A stretch of DNA of 46,604 nt, taken from a virus. Lineage: Duplodnaviria; Caudoviricetes. The notes under the pieces were generated by a model. That model worked only from the letters and a program-made list of their open reading frames with translations. It did not search any database and was not told the DNA's origin. Positions 1-8,552 of the stretch are shown here, piece after piece (the first letter of the stretch is position 1; each line of letters opens with the position of its first letter). The DNA is taken from positions 1 through 46,604 of IMG/VR virus record IMGVR_UViG_3300025646_005550. One strand, written 5' to 3'. Position numbers and translations under genes: made by a program.

Positions 1-99
1 AAATGCTTCGGCATCAGATTCTGCAATCAAACTTACTGTGCCACCATACTCAGAAGAAGGAAAGGGAACCCAGTAGTTGACGATGTAAAGATACTTCAT
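1..99 (-). CDS. hypothetical protein, 5' part (runs off the window)
   Basis: ATG at 99; hand translation MKYLYIVNYWVPFPSSEYGGTVSLIAESDAEAF, open to base 1. Confidence 0.7.
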   Translation of the reverse strand, partial: MKYLYIVNYWVPFPSSEYGGTVSLIAESDAEAF

Positions 100-112
100 T
101 TGTTGTTTTAAA

Positions 113-286
113 TTACTCCTTAATTGTAGTTGAATGTGTGAGATTTGTCAATTGGCGGTCAAGTTCACATTTAACTGAAATCAAATGTGAATACAAAAAA
201 GATTGATATTCATTACCATTTAGAAGAGAGGTAAGATTATCAATCTGTTGAAGTGCCAGGATCAGTTTAGTTTGCTCATTCATCAT
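113..286 (-). CDS. hypothetical protein
   Basis: ORF track 113..361; likely start MMNEQ at 286. Confidence 0.6.
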   Translation of the reverse strand: MMNEQTKLILALQQIDNLTSLLNGNEYQSFLYSHLISVKCELDRQLTNLTHSTTIKE

Positions 287-371
287 AATTATCAGCATCT
301 GATGCAATGGACAACAAAGAGAGAGTAATTGTTGCCAGTACTCCCAGTGCAAATCCAGCAATAAAGGTCAT
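276..371 (-). CDS. small membrane peptide (31 aa)
   Basis: Hand translation MTFIAGFALGVLATITLSLLSIASDADNYDE; ATGA overlap with the upstream gene. Confidence 0.5.
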   Translation of the reverse strand: MTFIAGFALGVLATITLSLLSIASDADNYDE

Positions 372-580
372 ACAAACTCCGCAAGATAATAATCAACAGT
401 TACTTCAAGTTCTGCTGCTTTTCTTTCAAGTTCACTTTCAATAATCATCTTAGATTTTTGCTTACGGAGTTCATATTGCAGATATTCCTGCTTAGCATTA
501 TGATACATTTCCTGTGCTTCTGCGTGCTTGCTAAAATCCATGAATGCTTTGATGAATTGTTTGATGTCGTCTTTGTTCAT
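368..580 (-). CDS. hypothetical protein
   Basis: ORF track; ATG at 580 overlaps the upstream stop (ATGA). Confidence 0.65.
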   Translation of the reverse strand: MNKDDIKQFIKAFMDFSKHAEAQEMYHNAKQEYLQYELRKQKSKMIIESELERKAAELEVTVDYYLAEFV

Positions 581-726
581 TTTGCGTATCGGCAATCGGG
601 GTGGGGTTTGGGAAGTTCGGCACAGACTTTATCATATGCCTCAAACATTTTCTTATCACGACTTGCCATCAGACCATTATACATGAGAATGGCAATAACA
701 AGAAAGAACCAGTAGGGAGTTTTCAT
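577..726 (-). CDS. small membrane-anchored hypothetical protein (49 aa)
   Basis: Hand translation MKTPYWFFLVIAILMYNGLMASRDKKMFEAYDKVCAELPKPHPDCRYAK; fills the gap and is coupled at both ends. Confidence 0.65.
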   Translation of the reverse strand: MKTPYWFFLVIAILMYNGLMASRDKKMFEAYDKVCAELPKPHPDCRYAK

Positions 727-986
727 CAGCAAGCACCTGCCATAGGATTTCCAAGTTGGGGAAGATTTGAATTGTCACCAGTTTGATTGTAACCGTATGC
801 CATGCGCTCACGAATATCCATAAGCATTTCTACTTTATTGAGAAACTTCTTGGATACCTGCCCATAAGGAACAAAGGTTACGGCACGAAGAACCCAGGTG
901 CTAGAAATATCCCCATAAGGAGTTTTTACGGGATAGAAGTCAACGATCATGTTGCCGTCCTTGCTGGTCAGTTGCGGCATCTGCAT
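726..986 (-). CDS. hypothetical protein
   Basis: ORF track; lies directly after the boxed promoter at 1012-1069. Confidence 0.7.
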   Translation of the reverse strand: MQMPQLTSKDGNMIVDFYPVKTPYGDISSTWVLRAVTFVPYGQVSKKFLNKVEMLMDIRERMAYGYNQTGDNSNLPQLGNPMAGAC

Positions 987-1011
987 GGGGTGTTCCCTTG
1001 ATTACCTTGTA

Positions 1012-1069
1012 ATTATAGGTCAAAACGAGGGCACCACGTCGTACCGTAGTCCAGTTTGTGATCTGTCCA
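1012..1069 (-). promoter_or_regulatory. boxed promoter (degenerate palindrome, 30 bp spacer, TATAAT)
   Basis: TGGACAGAT-CACA-AACTGGACT, then 30 nt, then TATAATTACAAGGTAATCAA. Confidence 0.65.
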
Positions 1070-1223
1070 TCTGCTCCCAGATCGTGTAAAGTTTATTATA
1101 CAGTGCGGAAGCACTTCCATATTCTCTTGAAATATGAATTTCATCAATATTTTCTAGATTTTGAATTGCAGAGAGGAGAATACCCATCTCATGCACATTT
1201 AAATTTACAGTTGTTTCGGTCAT
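1020..1223 (-). CDS. hypothetical protein
   Basis: ORF track, 67 aa. Confidence 0.65.
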   Translation of the reverse strand: MTETTVNLNVHEMGILLSAIQNLENIDEIHISREYGSASALYNKLYTIWEQMDRSQTGLRYDVVPSF

Positions 1224-1246
1224 ACGTTAAAAAATAATTTATTAGA

Positions 1247-1861
1247 TTATGGGGATAGAAAATTAGAAATACACACTCTTCCCATCTTTTTACCACGATA
1301 CATTTCATCGATCTTTACTGGAGTAACTTCATGCATGATGCACGAGGGAAATATCAACATTTTATTATTTTTAACTTCCACTTCATAATTATAATCCGTA
1401 AAAATGAATTTTCCTCCTTGGAATCTTTTAGGTTGCTTAAAAGTCCAAAATAAACAAGTTATAGTAAATGCATCTTTATGGGATTTATATTCTTCATCGT
1501 TTTCATAATATGAAAATGATGTTTCATCAGATTGAATATCTATTTCCCTAAAAAACCAAGATGGATGTGTTTCAAATATTTTATCACGATTTTCAAATAA
1601 TTTTCTATTAATCATTAATATATTTGACATATTTCTTTTATCTTCATAGAATTCATCTAAGTATATGCATCTATTATTTTTAAGTGGACTTCCATCAAAA
1701 TCTTCTGCTGATCCATAAGATGTTTCTATTTTATGGTCGTAATATAAGAAATTTATTTCTTCCCATATTAAAGACATTTCAACATCATCATAAAAATTTT
1801 CTATCTCAATAAACGGAAATCCAATATCTCTATGAATAATGTTCACTTTACTTAATCCCAA
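1247..1861 (-). CDS. 2OG-Fe(II) oxygenase (prolyl 4-hydroxylase-like)
   Basis: HKD (HxD), FQGG, IFPS..HEVTPV and a late Arg: DSBH facial triad pattern. Confidence 0.85.
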   Translation of the reverse strand: MGLSKVNIIHRDIGFPFIEIENFYDDVEMSLIWEEINFLYYDHKIETSYGSAEDFDGSPLKNNRCIYLDEFYEDKRNMSNILMINRKLFENRDKIFETHPSWFFREIDIQSDETSFSYYENDEEYKSHKDAFTITCLFWTFKQPKRFQGGKFIFTDYNYEVEVKNNKMLIFPSCIMHEVTPVKIDEMYRGKKMGRVCISNFLSP

Positions 1862-2235
1862 CTAACGTTTTGAACAAGGAAACCAGGCATTACATAAGTC
1901 CAGGCACCAAGATCATTACTGCCACCAACTTTATATTCCCATTTATATTCGTATTTGTTGTGACTATCCCACGTCATGTAACCATTTTCTTTATCAAAGC
2001 GCCCTTTGATAGTCAAACCATATTTGTTGGAGAAGATGTTACGAGTGCGAAGTGCTCCACCCTTTTCACGGGTTTCAATCACCACACATGTATCAGGATA
2101 GGTTTGAATACCCCGCTCAATCATACAGGGAGTTTCATAACGAAATGGTCTATATGTTTTTTGTGTAACTGTTTGATCCTGTGCAAATACAGGAGAGGAA
2201 AACAAAAGAAAGATAATCGGAAGAAACTTTTTCAT
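1852..2235 (-). CDS. secreted hypothetical protein
   Basis: Signal peptide MKKFLPIIFLLFSSPVFA. Confidence 0.7.
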   Translation of the reverse strand: MKKFLPIIFLLFSSPVFAQDQTVTQKTYRPFRYETPCMIERGIQTYPDTCVVIETREKGGALRTRNIFSNKYGLTIKGRFDKENGYMTWDSHNKYEYKWEYKVGGSNDLGAWTYVMPGFLVQNVSWD

Positions 2236-2360
2236 TTGAAGTGTTTGATCAATTCACTGAAGTTTGCCTTGCCATGTAATAATATACCAATTATTACAAA
2301 AATGTCAAGTAAGAAAAATACGATAAGAGTGATTGTGAGATAGAGTTTATCTTTGTTCAC
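2232..2360 (-). CDS. small membrane protein (42 aa), paralog of 12813..12962
   Basis: GTG start; MNKDKLYLTITLIVFFLLDIFVIIGILLHGKANFSELIKHFK; coupled at both ends. Confidence 0.65.
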   Translation of the reverse strand: MNKDKLYLTITLIVFFLLDIFVIIGILLHGKANFSELIKHFK

Positions 2361-2671
2361 CCAACGACTCTCCAACAAACAACAGCGTTGCCCTTACGCG
2401 GAGAAGCAATATGAGCAAAGGCAGCATAAGAAAGATCCAAATCAGCATGAGAATATGGACCACGATCATTTACCCTCACAATTACTTGTTTGCCATTATC
2501 TTGGTTTGTAACTCTAATTTTGCTTCCCATACGTAGGTAAGGGTGAGCAGCAGTCCAACGATAAGCATCAAAACGTTCACCATTTGCAGTAGTTTGACCG
2601 TGAAAACCATCGCCTACACCATAGAATGTAGCGATGCCACAAACAAGACCAGATACTAATGTTTCAATCAT
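2357..2671 (-). CDS. rlpA: RlpA-like lytic transglycosylase (DPBB domain)
   Basis: FHGQTTANGERF, TAAH, VRVNDRGPY, DLSYAAF. Confidence 0.9.
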   Translation of the reverse strand: MIETLVSGLVCGIATFYGVGDGFHGQTTANGERFDAYRWTAAHPYLRMGSKIRVTNQDNGKQVIVRVNDRGPYSHADLDLSYAAFAHIASPRKGNAVVCWRVVG

Positions 2672-2898
2672 TTTTTCTCTGTGGGTTTGGGAGTTTGTTT
2701 CGGTTCTGTGTAGGGAACTTTACCAGTCTCATTATACATCAAAATGTCGTACTTGAACTTGCACTCCAAAGGTTTTTCATTACACATCTTAAGTGTGTTA
2801 TTGATAATAGATGGAGTTCTTACACTACCACCAATACCATAACCAATTATGATGGAAAGAACAACAATCGGATAAAAAATGTAAGGTTTAATAAACAT
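2668..2898 (-). CDS. membrane-anchored hypothetical protein, paralog of 16619..16867
   Basis: TM segment plus C-x5-ECKFKYDILMY shared with the other copy. Confidence 0.7.
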   Translation of the reverse strand: MFIKPYIFYPIVVLSIIIGYGIGGSVRTPSIINNTLKMCNEKPLECKFKYDILMYNETGKVPYTEPKQTPKPTEKK

Positions 2899-2903
2899 AA
2901 TAA

Positions 2904-3107
2904 TTACTTCAATTCAATACGGTCAAATACTAGCATACCAATTTCAAAAAGCAAGTCATCGTCCATGTCTCCCATGACAGAACGAATACCCTCAATCACG
3001 GCACCATGCATATATTCTGTAAACTCAGGATCTTCATAGATGTAATTGATGACTGCTGGTTTGAGTGCATCCGCGATCTTAGAAATGGAAGAGTTGGAGA
3101 GTTTCAT
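2904..3107 (-). CDS. hypothetical protein
   Basis: ORF track; ATG (MKLSN) at 3107. Confidence 0.65.
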   Translation of the reverse strand: MKLSNSSISKIADALKPAVINYIYEDPEFTEYMHGAVIEGIRSVMGDMDDDLLFEIGMLVFDRIELK

Positions 3108-3109
3108 GA

Positions 3110-3268
3110 TCAATTCTCGGGGTAAAGTTTCCAACCATCAGGGAGAATGCCCAGTTCTTCGCAACGCACTTCATAAGCAATCCGTTGCAGCAAGCGAAGA
3201 TCCATTTGCTCTACGCTTTTCGTGATTGTGTGTCGGAGTTGTGCGTCCTGTGTAGTGTCAGAGATCAT
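3110..3268 (-). CDS. hypothetical protein (52 aa)
   Basis: Hand translation MISDTTQDAQLRHTITKSVEQMDLRLLQRIAYEVRCEELGILPDGWKLYPEN; follows a boxed promoter. Confidence 0.7.
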   Translation of the reverse strand: MISDTTQDAQLRHTITKSVEQMDLRLLQRIAYEVRCEELGILPDGWKLYPEN

Positions 3269-3293
3269 CGGGTGTTCCGTTGATTACCTTGTA

Positions 3294-3351
3294 ATTATAC
3301 TGCCTGCAAGAGGCGGTTGGGGAGAAACTGTGCCACTTGCTGATCCGTCCA
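3294..3351 (-). promoter_or_regulatory. boxed promoter
   Basis: TGGACGGAT-CAGC-AAGTGGCAC, 30 nt, TATAATTACAAGGTAATCAA. Confidence 0.7.
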
Positions 3352-3771
3352 CCCATTCTTTTCAAACAGGTACTCCAGATATAGTGTTTCTTCTTGTTCC
3401 CTTGCCTCTATTTCGTGTGGTTGATACCAATACTCATAATTCTCCACGGGTTCTTTAGAATAACACAATTTTCCATAACGAAGGCGCAGAGAACCTAGTA
3501 CCCACTGGCGCAGGTGAACCAGTTCATGCAAAAGAGTTTTTATATACAACTCTTTATCCATGTAGGTATCAAGTTCGATGAGAAACTCACGGGAGCGATA
3601 GGCATACCCAACCATGTCACAGTAACCGTTTACACCTTCACGCTTCAAACCACGATGAAGGATTTCTACTACAATTTTATGCCTTGGAAAGAACTTGTCT
3701 AAAAACCAAACGGAAACGTCCTCACAGAGGCGTTTAGAATAACCGTATCCAGAATGCGTGATGTAAGACAT
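3295..3771 (-). CDS. zinc metallopeptidase-like protein (SprT/ImmA-like)
   Basis: TLLHELVHLRQ (HExxH) and downstream PHEIEA; start MSYITH at 3771. Confidence 0.75.
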   Translation of the reverse strand: MSYITHSGYGYSKRLCEDVSVWFLDKFFPRHKIVVEILHRGLKREGVNGYCDMVGYAYRSREFLIELDTYMDKELYIKTLLHELVHLRQWVLGSLRLRYGKLCYSKEPVENYEYWYQPHEIEAREQEETLYLEYLFEKNGWTDQQVAQFLPNRLLQAV

Positions 3772-3833
3772 TGACCCCAGTGCAAAAACCAAATGAACGA
3801 AGAGATGAAAATCAGTTTGTGAGTTGATGTCAT

Positions 3834-4139
3834 TTAAAGGGAGAGAAACCAAGAAATAGTTTTGATAATCAAAATAATTGCCACGATAGGCAAGATTATT
3901 TGCCAATATGAAATGATGACAAATAGTGCTGCCAACCACATCAAAGTTGACAGAGATCCACCAAAACTAGAAGATCCAGAGGTTAAACTATTGCGTACCT
4001 CACGCAAATTGATAATTTGCTCAGCACCATAAATTCTCTTCAGTTGTTCATGAGCACCAGTAACTGTGTTGGCATTCACCTCACAGTTCTGGTATCCAGA
4101 TTTAGATCCAAGCCAACACTTAGCAGTCCAACGTGCCAT
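3834..4139 (-). CDS. membrane hypothetical protein
   Basis: Start MARWTA; C-terminal hydrophobic helices. Confidence 0.7.
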   Translation of the reverse strand: MARWTAKCWLGSKSGYQNCEVNANTVTGAHEQLKRIYGAEQIINLREVRNSLTSGSSSFGGSLSTLMWLAALFVIISYWQIILPIVAIILIIKTISWFLSL

Positions 4140-4150
4140 TTTAAAATACC

Positions 4151-4582
4151 TCAGCGAGCGTACAGATAACCACCAGACCAATCAGCATTCTCAAACAACC
4201 ATTCACGTTGCTCAATAATGCGAAGATCATACCGAACACCTTTGGCAGGTGCTTTCCAACTAGCAGATTTGTAAACTTCACCAGTCTTACGATCCACAAA
4301 AGCATGAACAGAACGATGCCCACCACCATCAATAAAGATGATTTTGTGGTACTTACGTCCACTCTCAATAATGAAGTCAATTGGACACTCATTATTCTTG
4401 AGTTCTTCTACTTTCTGCTGATGGTACGGATCATCAACATAACGCTGGTGCCCACGAATGGCAGTCTCAACGTAGTTGTGCTTCAGTGCCTCACACAGAG
4501 TGTAGGTATGGATCAGAACAGCATCAGCGATGCTCTGCCGTGCCTGTTCCTGGGCAGCGTAGTCAGCGAAGGTGGTGCTCAT
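4151..4582 (-). CDS. conserved myovirus hypothetical protein
   Basis: SVHAFVDRKTGEVYKSASWKAPAKGVRY; follows a boxed promoter. Confidence 0.8.
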   Translation of the reverse strand: MSTTFADYAAQEQARQSIADAVLIHTYTLCEALKHNYVETAIRGHQRYVDDPYHQQKVEELKNNECPIDFIIESGRKYHKIIFIDGGGHRSVHAFVDRKTGEVYKSASWKAPAKGVRYDLRIIEQREWLFENADWSGGYLYAR

Positions 4583-4604
4583 GGGGTTGATTGCGTATGT
4601 ACCT

Positions 4605-4662
4605 ATTATAAGGGCACGCAGGTGCCTGTGAAGTGCTTGTGTGCCAGTTGGTCAAGTGGTCT
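4605..4662 (-). promoter_or_regulatory. boxed promoter
   Basis: AGACCACTT-GACC-AACTGGCAC, 30 nt, TATAAT. Confidence 0.7.
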
Positions 4663-4720
4663 AATACTACAATATACAGAAAAGTAAATGAACAATATCC
4701 TTAGTCATTATGTGAAGTTC

Positions 4721-4933
4721 CTACCCTTCTTCCAAATCACCAATTTCATTTTCAGTTAAAAATGCGGACTTGGATATTGGATCCCAGATATAAGAATATG
4801 TATCTTGTGGATCTTCCTCGATATCATCACAATATCTTACAGAAAAATAATCTAATTTGTTGGAAACATTTTTCAAATAAAAATCTATAACATCTTGTCC
4901 ATATTCTTGAATAAGAAATTCCTTTTCAGTCAT
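4721..4933 (-). CDS. hypothetical protein
   Basis: ORF track; ATG (MTEKE) at 4933. Confidence 0.6.
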   Translation of the reverse strand: MTEKEFLIQEYGQDVIDFYLKNVSNKLDYFSVRYCDDIEEDPQDTYSYIWDPISKSAFLTENEIGDLEEG

Positions 4934-4962
4934 TGCTTTACTTTTGAGTGTCAACAGTATTC

Positions 4963-5021
4963 AGTATAGTGCAAAAAATTGATCTCTGGGGGGGTGAGTG
5001 TGACACTTTGGTAAGTGTCTC
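4963..5021 (-). promoter_or_regulatory. boxed promoter
   Basis: GAGACACTT-ACCA-AAGTGTCAC, 31 nt, TATACT. Confidence 0.6.
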
Positions 5022-6918
5022 ACTTACCAACCTTTAATGTGACTGCAGATTGAATATCATCCAAGTATGCTTTACCCCTAGACATTCTTGAACTTGAGAG
5101 GAGCAAATACCCTCTACCAGATGCCGCAGAGTGCATACTCATAACTATTTTCTTTTTAATCAGTTCTTTAATATTTGATTGATTTGCAGAGATGAAAAAT
5201 AAAAATTCAAGGTTTAATAGAAGATTTCTAAATTGGTCAAGATTTCTATCTGAAATAACATCACCATCTTTTTTCGGTTTTATCAATTTATACTTATCTT
5301 TTATTTTTTTTGTTAAAGTTTTTGGTATTTCCTTTTCTATTAAAAAATCAGCATATTTGAATAAAAATCTTGATTTATTTTCTTTGGTTTTTAAAGATGT
5401 GATAATTTTTAAATAATCATCTTTCGTTAAAAGTCCAACTTTTCTCATAATTTGTTTTGCTTCAGAATTTTCGGGGACAATTTCATTTAAAATATCAATA
5501 CGATTTTTTATCAAATCAGCATAAGCTTTATTGAAAGACGATCTATAACTGGGGTGATTAGACATTTCATTAAAAACATTTAAAGTTACTTGCCCTTCAC
5601 CAGTCTGTGATGTTGTTTCTGACGGTCCACCTTGCTGACCAGGTTTTATCAGTACTGATCCACTACCTGGCAATAACTCAATAAAGTATTTTAAATGTTT
5701 AATTGTTTTACCTGGTTTTTCTATATTATAGGTAAAATTAAAATATTGAGTAGTAAGATTTAATTTATAATTATTTGGTGTTAAATTTTCTATTGAAATT
5801 AACTTATTCAAATATCTTTCAAATACAGTTTTATTTTTCGATAATTGCATCAAGTATCTTACTTCAGTTAAGAACCAATCATCATCTTCTTTATTTTCGT
5901 GCAAGTAAACTGAATTATAATTTAATATTGAAAATGGTGTATTGCTATCCTTAACCTGCTTCAAACTAACTGGAAACATTATTTTCGCACGATATAATTG
6001 AGTTACTATCTCCAAATAATGTCTTGGATTTAGAAGTTTATTATTATTCAATATTCTTACTTTTTGATTTATTAACGTCTCAATGTTTTTGGTTTGATTT
6101 TTTTTTACCAAGTAAATGTCTGCAGTTGATAACTTGTTAGATTCACTAAAAAATTTTTTAGAAATACTGTTTTGGTAATTTTCCATCATAGTAAAACACC
6201 GATTTTTATCTTGTTTGGAGTTATTTTTTATGAAATTAACAAAATCTGAAGACTCATGATGATATTCATATAATTCACCATCACCACATTTTTCTATAAT
6301 TTTTTTTGCACTATAGTATGCTGAATACAACCAATCATAATATCCATTATTATATTTTGCATCATCGTAAATTGCAGACATATAAGATATTTCTTCAGTA
6401 TTCAAAAATATATCCGTGTATACATTAAAACTTTTTAAATTTTGTTTTGGTTTCCACTTTAAAAAATACATTTGATCAATAAAATCATAAAAACTAAAAT
6501 TTTTTGGGATATTTTCACTACAAACAAACATAGTTACAATTTCACCAAGAATTGATAACTTATCATAGACAACTTTAGTTGTTTTTTGATAATTTGATAG
6601 GTACTTTTTAAGAATATATTTTATTTCATTTACATTTCCCAAAGTTGGGAGTTCTTCTTCATCCATTACAGATTTAATATTTTTTGCTAAGAAATCAATA
6701 GTAATATTTTCGTTCTCTTTTCTTGAAGTTAAATCATGAAGAACTTTTGATCTAATGTATATTCTTTGTTTAATAGAAAAAGAACCCATACGCAAATATC
6801 CAATGTTATTTTCTGAGGTTTTCATTGAAAAAACCTCTAAAATAGTTTTTAACTTTTCATCGGCAAGTTTATCAATGTCTTTTTTTGATATTTGTTGGAA
6901 AAGACTTGGTATTGCCAT
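5020..6918 (-). CDS. 632-aa AT-rich protein, possible PD-(D/E)xK nuclease fold
   Basis: Long intact ORF; KLSTADIYLVK...FPVSLKQ resembles a PD/AD...(D/E/S)xK nuclease motif; function tentative. Confidence 0.55.
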   Translation of the reverse strand: MAIPSLFQQISKKDIDKLADEKLKTILEVFSMKTSENNIGYLRMGSFSIKQRIYIRSKVLHDLTSRKENENITIDFLAKNIKSVMDEEELPTLGNVNEIKYILKKYLSNYQKTTKVVYDKLSILGEIVTMFVCSENIPKNFSFYDFIDQMYFLKWKPKQNLKSFNVYTDIFLNTEEISYMSAIYDDAKYNNGYYDWLYSAYYSAKKIIEKCGDGELYEYHHESSDFVNFIKNNSKQDKNRCFTMMENYQNSISKKFFSESNKLSTADIYLVKKNQTKNIETLINQKVRILNNNKLLNPRHYLEIVTQLYRAKIMFPVSLKQVKDSNTPFSILNYNSVYLHENKEDDDWFLTEVRYLMQLSKNKTVFERYLNKLISIENLTPNNYKLNLTTQYFNFTYNIEKPGKTIKHLKYFIELLPGSGSVLIKPGQQGGPSETTSQTGEGQVTLNVFNEMSNHPSYRSSFNKAYADLIKNRIDILNEIVPENSEAKQIMRKVGLLTKDDYLKIITSLKTKENKSRFLFKYADFLIEKEIPKTLTKKIKDKYKLIKPKKDGDVISDRNLDQFRNLLLNLEFLFFISANQSNIKELIKKKIVMSMHSAASGRGYLLLSSSRMSRGKAYLDDIQSAVTLKVGK

Positions 6919-6951
6919 AATACTTTTTCAAGCAGATTTATGAGTATTTAG

Positions 6952-6980
6952 AAAAAAAGGGGAGGTTTTACCCTCCCCTT
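6952..6980 (-). terminator. intrinsic terminator
   Basis: GGGGAGG-gtaaaa-CCTCCCC followed by a T run; late-promoter-like CTAAATA directly after it. Confidence 0.85.
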
Positions 6981-7009
6981 CAAATCATTTATTCAAGTGA
7001 ATTTCATAA

Positions 7010-7243
7010 TCAATTACCAAAACGTGTTTTCCAAAGTTGATTAGATTTGTGCCTCATTTCTTCAAGCATTCTAAAACGCTGACGAAATTCAGAGTCTTCT
7101 GGAAGTTCATGATAACTTGGACATGCAACATACATTCCATCTGATGCATGACACAAGATGTCATTTAGAAAATCGTGCTCTTCAAATGTGAATTCTATTG
7201 TGACAGGTTGTTGATCACAATAGTTTTCTTCAGTGAGTTCCAC
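7010..7243 (-). CDS. hypothetical protein
   Basis: ORF track, GTG start, follows a boxed promoter. Confidence 0.65.
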   Translation of the reverse strand: MELTEENYCDQQPVTIEFTFEEHDFLNDILCHASDGMYVACPSYHELPEDSEFRQRFRMLEEMRHKSNQLWKTRFGN

Positions 7244-7266
7244 AAGTGGTTTTCTTGAGTACCTTG

Positions 7267-8130
7267 TTAGTATAGGGCATCTACCAGGGCATTTGAGGTT
7301 TGTTGTGCCACTTCTGTAACTGGCACGGCACTTTCAATACGTTCCTTCGCAATATTATAGTATTCTTCATCCATTTCAATACCAATAAAATCACGACCAG
7401 ATTGAACTGCCGCAACACCAGTTGTTCCACTACCCATAGTGTTATCTAATACAACATCACCAGCATTTGTGTATGTTTTAATTAGATATTCCATTAGGGC
7501 AACTGGTTTTTGTGTTGGGTGAATAGTATTTGAATCTAATCCAAACTCTAAGATTTCGGATGGGTAATTTGTATATTTTTGTTCATATTCAGTTTCATGA
7601 AGCAATTTATTACCTGCACCCATATGTTCTGGTTGATGTAAAAATTTACCAAGACGTTTGGCATTATTTTTCTTCTTAATATGTTTTTCAACTAATCCCT
7701 GTGGATTATATGTCATGTTAGTATTTGCCTTGACCGATCCACCACTAGCACCCATAGGAGAAAATACAAGAATATCTTCGGTTTCTTTCATGGGTCTAGC
7801 GTTTGCGTGAAGAAACCCAGTAGTTTTCTTTTTCTTCCAGATCCATTCATACTTAAACCATTCAAAATTACTCATTACAAGTTGACTTGTAAATGGTTGA
7901 TCTGCAGTTAAAACTACAGTACCAGTTGGTTTTAATATTCTACGGTATTGAGACCAAAGTTTATCAAGAGGAATAACCATGTCCCAATAAAGAACACGGT
8001 TATCTCCTTTATTTGAAATTCCTTTACGGTCAGTAGTTCCATATGGGAGATCACAAAGGATAAGATCAACAGAATGTTTTTTAATGTTATCCATTTGAAT
8101 TAAACAATCACCCAGATACAACTGAACCAT
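7267..8130 (-). CDS. DNA N6-adenine/N4-cytosine methyltransferase (beta order)
   Basis: N-terminal DLPY catalytic motif, HPTQKP, C-terminal VLDNTMGSGTT SAM-binding motif. Confidence 0.92.
   Translation of the reverse strand: MVQLYLGDCLIQMDNIKKHSVDLILCDLPYGTTDRKGISNKGDNRVLYWDMVIPLDKLWSQYRRILKPTGTVVLTADQPFTSQLVMSNFEWFKYEWIWKKKKTTGFLHANARPMKETEDILVFSPMGASGGSVKANTNMTYNPQGLVEKHIKKKNNAKRLGKFLHQPEHMGAGNKLLHETEYEQKYTNYPSEILEFGLDSNTIHPTQKPVALMEYLIKTYTNAGDVVLDNTMGSGTTGVAAVQSGRDFIGIEMDEEYYNIAKERIESAVPVTEVAQQTSNALVDALY
7269..7326 (-). promoter_or_regulatory. boxed promoter inside the 3' end of the methyltransferase gene
   Basis: GTGCCAGTT-ACAG-AAGTGGCAC, 30 nt, TATACTAACAAGGTA. Confidence 0.75.
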
Positions 8131-8503
8131 GCAAATTTCCTTCCTTTAAATAACGTATAGTTCTTTCAAGTGCCTCAATATTATCACCCAACATACCAAT
8201 ACTACGATTACAATTATCACATAACCAACCACGATGCTCTAAAGTTTCATGATCATGATCAAAAACTAATTTTTTATCAGTTCTTCCACAATTATAACAT
8301 GGAGTTCCTAGTTCTGGATACTTAGGTTTACCAGCTAACTTGTATGCTTTTGATTTTCCTTGACTTGCTTTCTTAGTACACTCTTTACATTCAGGTCGAA
8401 AATACTTGTCTCCACCAGTATTTGTTGATTGATTTCTTCCAAAAAATTGCTCACTCAGTGGAAATGTTTTTCCACACTTCGAGCAGGTTCTCGTTTTGCA
8501 CAT
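8108..8503 (-). CDS. endonuclease VII-like (His-Me/HNH) nuclease with N-terminal zinc finger
   Basis: CYNC...DHDH...RGWLCDNCNRSIG; N-terminal CSKC...CKEC. Confidence 0.85.
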   Translation of the reverse strand: MCKTRTCSKCGKTFPLSEQFFGRNQSTNTGGDKYFRPECKECTKKASQGKSKAYKLAGKPKYPELGTPCYNCGRTDKKLVFDHDHETLEHRGWLCDNCNRSIGMLGDNIEALERTIRYLKEGNLHGSVVSG

Positions 8504-8552
8504 AATTAAAAAAATGAATTCAAATGATTAAAATGTAATGCTTTTAAAGCAT

